64,000 bases of DNA from Eledone cirrhosa. Lineage: Eukaryota. The translations under genes and the position numbers were made by a program. This document shows positions 56,125 to 64,000 of the stretch, in pieces; within the stretch, counting starts at the first letter, position 1, and each line of letters starts with the position of its first letter. The notes beneath the pieces are model-generated. The model searched no databases and was not told the DNA's origin. It was given only the letters and a program-made list of their open reading frames with translations. The DNA is taken from assembly GCA_964016885.1 (NCBI GenBank), contig OZ024740.1:102672001-102736000 (forward strand). The letters run 5' to 3'.

Positions 56125-56202
56125 ATTACCTCATTACCAGAGGTTTCCCGAATAAGGCGAATACGAAAGAAACGTCTTCATTCGTTCGTCAGATGAGGCA
56201 AT
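56125..56202 (-). ncRNA. Type I hammerhead ribozyme, family 3
   Basis: Minus strand ATTGCCTCAT-CTGACGA...GAAA-CCTCTGG-TA-ATGAGGTAAT (10-bp helix I). Confidence 0.8.
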
Positions 56203-57291
56203 ATAAAACATAGCTAAATATTTGGAAAGTCTCCTCAAGAAATGCAAAAAAAATTATATAAATATAGATAAAGGTAATACAATAGACATATGAAATATAT
56301 AAAAATTAGATAAACATTTCCCTAGAACACATAGATATTATAAGATCTTTAATAGAAACTGTGTCAAAATTAGCTACTCCTGCGGTCCCTCTATTAAATC
56401 CTATATCATCAACAAAAAATCACCTAGAGAACATCAAAATTGCTCCTGTAGAATCAAAAGTGAATGCCCATTGCAAGGTAAATGCAACACCAAAGCCATT
56501 GTATATGCGGCTAAAGTGACAACCATCAGCAACAACCCACCAGCCACCAGTGAACGAGATGTGGGTATGACGCAAGACAAATTCAAAACGCGTTATTACT
56601 CACATGTCGCATCCTTTCGACATCCAGAAAAAAGATTTACAACAGCTCTGGCTAGCAGAATATGGGATTTGAAAGACCAAGGTATCCAATATAAATTGGA
56701 TTGGTCAATTTTGAACCAATCTAAAGAATATGCAAGAGGAACAAGAAAATGCACGCTCTGCATAAATGAAAAATATTGGATTTTGCAAAACCTTAAATTA
56801 CCAAAGACCTGCCTAAACACAAAGACAGAAATTTTCACCAGTTCCCCACACATGAAATCACACCTGCTTTCCAGCTCATATAAAATTAACACACTTTCAG
56901 ATACTTATCCTCCATAAGCTCTTATTATTCTCTTTAAGACTACCCTTTCTGATTTACTTTCATTTTTAACCTTATTATTAATTTCATTTTTATTTTTACT
57001 TCACATCCACCACTACCCCCCACCCCCTTATTCTCCGATTCACTTACCTAATATTTTCACTTTCCACTTTTTACTTCCCTATTTTCTTCACTACCCGATT
57101 ACACAGGTCACTTGCGTTTTCCACTCCAGATATTTTCTGTTATTTCGCAGCCAATTTTATATTTTTATATTTGTACTCACTTATTCACAAGGCTGTTTTT
57201 ACACCCTGTATCTATGTGCCTGAGCGTCTTTATGTGTGTATACTTTCTGTATATGTACACGAACGCCTCCGTATGTGCGCGCGCGTGCGTG

Positions 57292-57322
<31 letters not shown>

Positions 57323-58193
57323 ATGTGTGTTTTTATATCTGTGTTTTTACATCTATGTTTTTTTACATTCCCATTTTTATGTGTGTGCATGTAAGCGGGT
57401 CAACGTGCGTGAGTGTATGTATGTGTGTGTGTGTGTGTGTGTGTGTACGTACTGAATGTATGGATGTGTAAGTGTGCGTATGTATATATGTATGTATATA
57501 TTTATGTGTGTGTGTGTGTGAATACAGTCGCGTACGTACGCGTGATTAGATGTACATGGGGCGAGGTGTATGTACGTATATATGTGCATCCTGTGTGCGT
57601 ATGTGTACTTGCATACGCTTTTGTCTGCACGTATTGCGTGTATATATATATATTTTTATAGATATACGTTTCTTATAGATATATGTGTGTATGTACGCGT
57701 CTACCTTGTTTGTTTTCTTTTCTTTACTTTGCAATTTTTTCTTTCTAAATTATTGTTCCATTTTTATAAATATATCGAGAATGATACTTTCTTTCTACTA
57801 TTACACTCCCTTACCTCTTTTTCTTCCACATATAAGTGTACGCGCATGTGTGTGTTTATACGCGTGCCTTCATATTCTTATAATGTATCTAATACCCTGT
57901 TTTTCTGTATACCTGTCAACCAGACACTCATATCATGTCTGTGTCTGTAGTTACAGATACACAGATATACTTGCCCTCATACATATATTTACGCACACAT
58001 TTTCACTATACACACACATTTGTACATACATACATATGTACATCTGTGAGTGTATATACATACATATACACACACCTAACTATATTTCTTAACATTTTTT
58101 TATATATTTCATATGTCTATTGTATTACCTTTATCTATATTATTTTTTTTGCATTTCTTGAGGAGACTTTCCAAATATTTAGCTATGTTTTAT

Positions 58194-58271
58194 ATTGCCT
58201 CGTCCGACGAACGAATGAAGACGTTTCTTTCGTATTCGCCTTATTCGGGAAACCTCTGGTAATGAGGTAAT
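58194..58271 (+). ncRNA. Hammerhead family 3 with U4C core change (CCGACGA)
   Basis: Otherwise matches 56125-56202. Confidence 0.65.
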
Positions 58272-58295
58272 TATATTGTATTGTTTTTTATACAT

Positions 58296-58401
<106 letters not shown>

Positions 58402-58447
58402 TGTATATATAAATTAATGTGTGTTTTATGTATTACCAAATATAAAG

Positions 58448-58492
58448 CCTTGCAAGCAGGGAAAAGCGGACGTAAAATGATGATGATGATGA
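58448..58492 (+). mobile_element. Isolated RTE/SINE 3' tail
   Basis: CCTTGCAAGCAGGGAAAAGCGGACGTAAAA(TGA)n. Confidence 0.85.
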
Positions 58493-59699
58493 AAGAGAGT
58501 TAAATATTCACTAATGATCACTCAAGATATCTAGGAGTATATAATTTATTTTTAGAAGATAAAGGTTGACAGTAACACTGAAGCTTTGCCTGTGGTCAGC
58601 TACAATTTTTTTTAGGGTTGATGTTTATAAATTTGCATCATGGTGGACACCAATGGGCTTCTTGCAGATGGGACTTTTATATTCATTGACTGAGCAGTGT
58701 TATATTTTCTAAATCGGGGCTAGAATGTTTGATAGAAATAAGGGGGAGGAGGAGGAGTATAAAAAGGAGAAGTAGTAATAGAAGTGTTCAGTTTTGACCC
58801 TATAAAAAAAATCCTGATTTAGTTATATGGACAGCAGTCAACAATATATTTCTCTCCATTTTTTATTCGGTCAGCTCAGAGTATGTTGTTAAACTGACAT
58901 TAATTCTAAGAGTATTTGTTTTAGTTCAACTTAAGTCTCTGCTAAACTTTAATTGGTGTAGCATGTCTTTTGGTACTTAAGTAGTTGGCTTAGATGGGCA
59001 CAATGATATAACATAGTAGGAGGCAGAGTATAACCAATTAACCATTTCCTGACTGAATTTCTTATGTAATATACTTTATTTCAATTAACGGATGAAGAAT
59101 TATGAGAGATTTAGTAAAATTATTCCTTATTTCATTATTAACATATCGCTTTATGTAAAATTATGTTGGAAGATTTTAATTTAAAATAGGTCGTTTTGTT
59201 TCATAGAAGCAGAGCTGGTTTGGGAGGAGTTGATAGCAAAAAATTTAAATGAATCTTAGTACTCAATGTTGTAACAAACAGGAAGAGAGAGAGGAAAAAA
59301 TTCATTAATGAAAAAAGGCTAGGTAGTATATATCAGCTTTGCCTCGCAAACAAGATGATGAAAGTGTTGCTGCAGAGAATAGCCATTCCACCACATAGGG
59401 CTGTTTCATCAGGTGGGATGCACTCCTGATTTTGTGAAGGAAAATGGCAGTCTAGGTATCAAGGACACTGGAAGTTTGATGTTTTGTGGCATTTGTTTTT
59501 GCATGTCATTCTTCTGGAGTCAATAAAATAAAGTACCAGTTAGGTACTGGAGTCAATTAATTGACTTTGCTCTCCTCTCAAACTGTTAACCATATTAAAA
59601 GCAATAATTATTAAATCAAAGATTGTATTTTAAATATACATCAGTCTTAAATTTATGTACCAAAGCTCATCAAATGGATCCCTAAGGGAGCTCAGACTT

Positions 59700-61330
59700 G
59701 TTTTGCCCGTGCACTTTCCAAACCCTTGAATAATGTCTGCCTATACAACACCTCAGATTGGCAGCGAAAGTATGTCTGTCCTCAGTTTCAGACTGCCTGT
59801 CTGCTGAATTTTTCCCTATTCAGCTAGAGGTGGGTACCAAGGTAGGTTGTGAGGCTACTGTTCATGTCACTAGAGCTTTCACCAACTTACCTCATGAGAC
59901 TCCTAAGGTTATCCTCCTACTAGATCTCAGGAAGGCATTCAATTCCATCAGTCAGAATGTCATCCTCCATTCAGTAAGAGAGAGAGCCTCACAGCTCTAC
60001 CACTTTGCTTGGAAAACTGATCTGGTGCCCTCATACTTCTCTTTTTGGTGACTATTTCATCCTATCTGCCTCAGGAGTTCAACAGTGTGACCCCCCTTGG
60101 ACCTGTTCTATTTTTACTGGCTATCAATGATGTCACCAAGATGGGAGCTGACATGAATTTGAATGTTGGATATCTTGATGATTCTTGTTTTTTATTGGGG
60201 GGGGGGGGTTCCAGATAAGGTATTTGCAAATGCGAGGACAATGATTGAGGAATTTGGCTCCCACACCAACAGTTACAAATGTGAGCTTTGGCTCTTTAAC
60301 CACTTAGCTTCCCAACAGCAGACTGTAGACCTGTTTACAGATTCCTTCCCCTCTATCCCAGTTCTTCCCCCATTAGTGTGATGCTCTCTTGGAGTCTCAA
60401 TTATGACCGAGCTTTCAAGTACATCTCTTGATCAAACTTGGCTAACTTTAAACAACTACTAAATATATCTTGAGTTAATTGAGTCCCACCAAGGGTTTTT
60501 ATATTTAGGAATTACTTGTCGCTTCCTAAGTTATTGTATTTTCTCAGAGTTAGTACCTCTCATAGATTCTCATTGTTTCTCCAATGCTTTGATGACCTAA
60601 TCTTCAGTAAACTCAAATGCAACCTGGCTGCTTTGCCAAAATGGTTTGGTGTGTGGGGGGGGGGGGGGGGGTCTAGGTCTGCATAAATGCTCGTTTCTGT
60701 CTCTTCCCTGTTTTTATTCCTCCATCCAAGCTTGCTCTTCTTTGGTGGGTAACATCTTCTTTCCAACAAGTTCCAACAGGGAGATGGTTGAAGCTCTACT
60801 ACAATGGAGAGAGCTAGATTTGTCAGATGAAGATAGACTAAAGCAGAGAGTATGGGACAATCTGTGTTTGAGAGATACTTTCAACTTTTTCTTTGATCAA
60901 TCTGATAAATTTTTAAGGCGTTGCCTACTTTCTGGGGATGACTGGATTATCCAGAATTGATAGGAAGAGACTAGATAGCCTTACCCTTTGTCCTTGGGTA
61001 AGAGGTAGATGTCTTATCTGGAACGCCACAGTCAGAGACTCTTTTTCTCCTTCCCATATCCTGGATGCTGCGGTAAATGTGAGGGTCACCACTTCCATAG
61101 CCAAACGGAATAAAATCCTAAAATACCAGGAATTTTTTCCAGCCTGTAGCATTTGAGACGTTTGATGGAGCTGGGCTACTGACTGTAAACTTCTTGTCAT
61201 CGTTAACAGCTTGCCTTACTGAGGTGTCAGGTGATGCCCGTGAGGGTGCTTAGTTGTTTCCAGTGCCTTAGCTTTGCCATCATCTATGTTAATGCTGCGA
61301 GTGTGTTGGCTTGCCTTAAAAAGTATTAGA
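59700..61330 (+). mobile_element. Degenerate CRE-like non-LTR retrotransposon (RT plus restriction-like endonuclease)
   Basis: PIQLEVGTKVGCEATVH, LLDLRKAFNSIS, SGVQQCDP(LGP), VGYLDD, DRKRLDSLTLCPWVRGRCLIWNATV. Confidence 0.8.
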
Positions 61331-61402
61331 GGGAGGTTCCCTCTAATGACCCTTGTGGTGTGTGACCAATTGACATGCTTAGCATTGAATTGATGTGCAA
61401 TG

Positions 61403-61594
61403 TACGAGGGTACAATGTATAGGCTGACTATGAAGGAGTGAAGCTAGAGCTATGAGATCTTGCAAGCATTAATTTCAACTCTCGTCAATAACTGCATTGT
61501 TTCTTTCCAGAGACGATGTTGAAAAATAAACCTCATTTGGTCATTCCATGAGAGTATCTTTGTTAGCCTATGAACTTTTCAGTCAACTTTCATA
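61403..61594. mobile_element. Degenerate Tc1/mariner-type MITE
   Basis: TA-CGAGGG... and ...GAACTTTTCAGTCAACTTTCA-TA resemble mariner terminal inverted repeats. Confidence 0.45.
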
Positions 61595-62207
61595 TTTTTA
61601 GGGTTCCATGAATTCTATTTTTTTATGAAACATTATCATTATAATATATTTTCTTTTGTTTTGAATTTATATTCTAATGTAGAATATTTATGTAATTAAG
61701 TAGTGTATATATTATTTGTGTTTAAACTACATTTAAACTGCATTTAAACTGGTCAGAGTTCTCTCACCTCTTTCTGTTTGAAACCAGCTGTAACCAGCTG
61801 CTGATACTGATGTTAAGGTATTGTTCTCAAAATAAATAATATCAAAATCTCATAGATTTAATATTATTTGAGATAAAGCCTTTACCGGGAAAATATAATA
61901 GTAAAAATAGAGTAATGTAAATGCTAAAAAGGGTTAAGTATATATAATGTTATTTATATAATTGTGAATAAAGTATATCCAATGGACGTAGGAATATAAG
62001 TATGTATCTATATAAGAATGGTTCTTATATATTGATGGAAAATCTATAAAACAAATTAGCAGGAAGCATTTGAAAGAAATGTTTTAATTTGCTTAAATAT
62101 CACTAGCAAAAGATGAAGAATATAATTGTTTAGTATATTAATTTCTGTAAATACATGTATATCTAAGGGCCAAAAGAACATTGTTGTGTGAGTGTATGTG
62201 TGTGTTT

Positions 62208-62421
62208 GTCATGACAATATCGTTAGATTGTCGAACAACATGCTTTGCGACATAGAGTTGCGGTCCTTTAAATTCTGAGAATAAATCCCGCCAAGGTTAG
62301 CTTTGCCTTTCATCCTTACAGGGTCGATAAAATAAAGTACCAGTAACATACAGGGGTAGATTTAATTAACTTTCGTTACTCCCAAAATTGTTGGCCTTCT
62401 GCCTAAATCAGAAACTATTAT
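62208..62421 (+). mobile_element. tRNA-SINE (Meta/MESC-like)
   Basis: CTTTGCCTTTCATCCTTACAGGGTCGATAAAATAAAGTACCAG with head and tail. Confidence 0.85.
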
Positions 62422-63074
62422 TAACCCTTTAGTCAGAAGACTGCCATTCTACTCATACTCTAATGCGTTGTCTGCCTCGTGGCCTTAGCCAACAGGATGG
62501 AGAATACATTACCCCGGGGACGGTGAGGATGACATCCGGAAACAACCACTCTACCTCATGGGGTTTGCACCTGCGGGTAGCCAATTCTGCCCCACTAGCA
62601 GTGAGTAGGGATGTGCTCCTTGCCAGAAGTCTCCACCACAAACCTATCAGAGAGTGGCCGATACTTTAACAGTTTACCCCCTTTGGCCTGGCAGGCAGTG
62701 AACCCTGGGCTGGTAGCCAAATGCACCATTAGCAAACTATTTTGGCATAACTAGTTTAATCATCACACTCCAACTTCGTTTTCTAGTAACATTTTTAGTA
62801 ATGCATAGTTTTTACAATTATGTTAATGAAATAAAAAAAAAGGATTAGGGGCTAAACTAGTTTATTATGATTATTTTGTAATGGAAGGAACATAATACTT
62901 TCATAATACTTGAACCAGTCGTTCATTACTTTCGATCGGTATTTGTAGTCACATGAAGAAAAAATAATATCAATCAGCATAATGTGATAGATTTTCTAGT
63001 GGAATGTAATCACTTCAGTAACTATGAATGGCAAAAATAAATAAATAGAATAAACTTTAAACTTTTTTTAAAAC

Positions 63075-63660
63075 TGGGTTGATGCCCTACCCATGGCTAA
63101 CGTTGGTGGCCTACTCAGCTTGGATGAACTTTGTGTCTCCATTGTCCTCAGAGTGGGAGCTGATGTCTGTACGGGTTTGAGGTGTTGATGTGGAAAACTC
63201 GACTCCACAGGCCTCCAGGGTCTTTCTTGCTGCCTGAATGCCGGTTGCTTTGCACATCACACGGAGCTAAACCTTATTCTCAAGAGAGCTTTAGCCCAGG
63301 AAAACATCCCCTCAATCTTGGAACCATCCTGGCTGTCCAGAAGTGATGGGAAAAGACCTGACAGCCTTAACCTGTGGCCTTGGTCGAGAGGCAGATGCCT
63401 TGTCTGGGACGTCACAGATAGTGACTCTTTCGCTTCTTCGCACATCCTGGATGCTGTGGTTAGGGCAAGAGCCACAGCTTCCACAGCTGAACGGAACAAA
63501 ATCCTACATTTTCCAGCCTGTGGAGTTCGAGACGTTTGGCGGAGTCGGGCTACTGACTGCAAGATTCTTATCTTCACTGGCGGCTCGCCTAACAGAAGTA
63601 AGTGGTAAAGCTCATGAAGACACTTGGTTGTTCCATCACTCAAGATAACACTGCTTGCCT
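63075..63660 (+). mobile_element. CRE-like retrotransposon C-terminal fragment (Zn knuckle plus RLE)
   Basis: WVDALP..LRVGADVC..C*CG..GLSC, EPSWLSRSDGKRPDSLNLWPWSRGRCLVWDVT. Confidence 0.82.
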
Positions 63661-63847
63661 CAAAAATCATTAGAGAGCTTTCCCAGTATTCCTCGCAATA
63701 CTGTTATCTTTTACTCAGCAGCGGCTCGGTTGTCCACCCCTTTCAACTGCCTTTTGTTGTATGTGGTCCTAGATGTGTGTTTTTTTTCTTTTTTCTTTCT
63801 TTTCCTTTCTTCTTTTTTTTTCTGTTTTCCCTCTATTATATTTGGTT

Positions 63848-64000
63848 GGTGGATGGCAGTATCGGTAAGGGTCGGACGCCATGCTTTGAAGCATAGAGTT
63901 ACCTCCCTTTATGATCTGAGTTCAAATCCCGCCGAGGTTAACTTTGCCTTTCATCCTTACGGGGTCGATAAAATAAAGTACCAGTAATGCACTGGAATAA
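63848..64000 (+). mobile_element. tRNA-SINE (Meta/MESC-like), runs off the window
   Basis: A-box-like TGGCAGTATCGG, B-box GAGTTCAAATCCC, conserved central domain. Confidence 0.88.

Noticed and set aside
59038-61937. TTAA-flanked MITE relics at ~59038-59249 and ~61735-61937
   Set aside because: Resemble repeats I recall from octopus genomes, but only one convincing terminus each; not supportable from this window alone.

Overview
AT-rich eukaryotic (metazoan) DNA; the repeat repertoire suggests an octopod cephalopod (inference). No intact host gene is visible, only one candidate 67-bp exon at 3615-3681. From about 9.6 to 50 kb the window looks like one (TA)n microsatellite, with CAA interruptions almost all on the + strand, that has been repeatedly invaded by mobile elements. 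These are RTE-clade LINEs (four families; three carry a PHD-type C4HC3 finger inside the RT region), their partner tRNA-SINE, Penelope-like elements (PLEs, GIY-YIG), and an internally deleted Helitron. Old CRE-like LINE, SINE and MITE relics lie in the flanks. The most notable signals are in RNA structure. (i) Fourteen full-length type I hammerhead ribozyme motifs from five families (two with core mutations), plus a degenerate copy and half-copies, mostly in asymmetric fold-back PLE termini. (ii) A covarying tandem H-type pseudoknot plus hairpin module shared by the 5' UTR of one RTE family, the 3' UTRs of two others and the SINE body. All structures were folded by eye; coordinates of degenerate elements are approximate.
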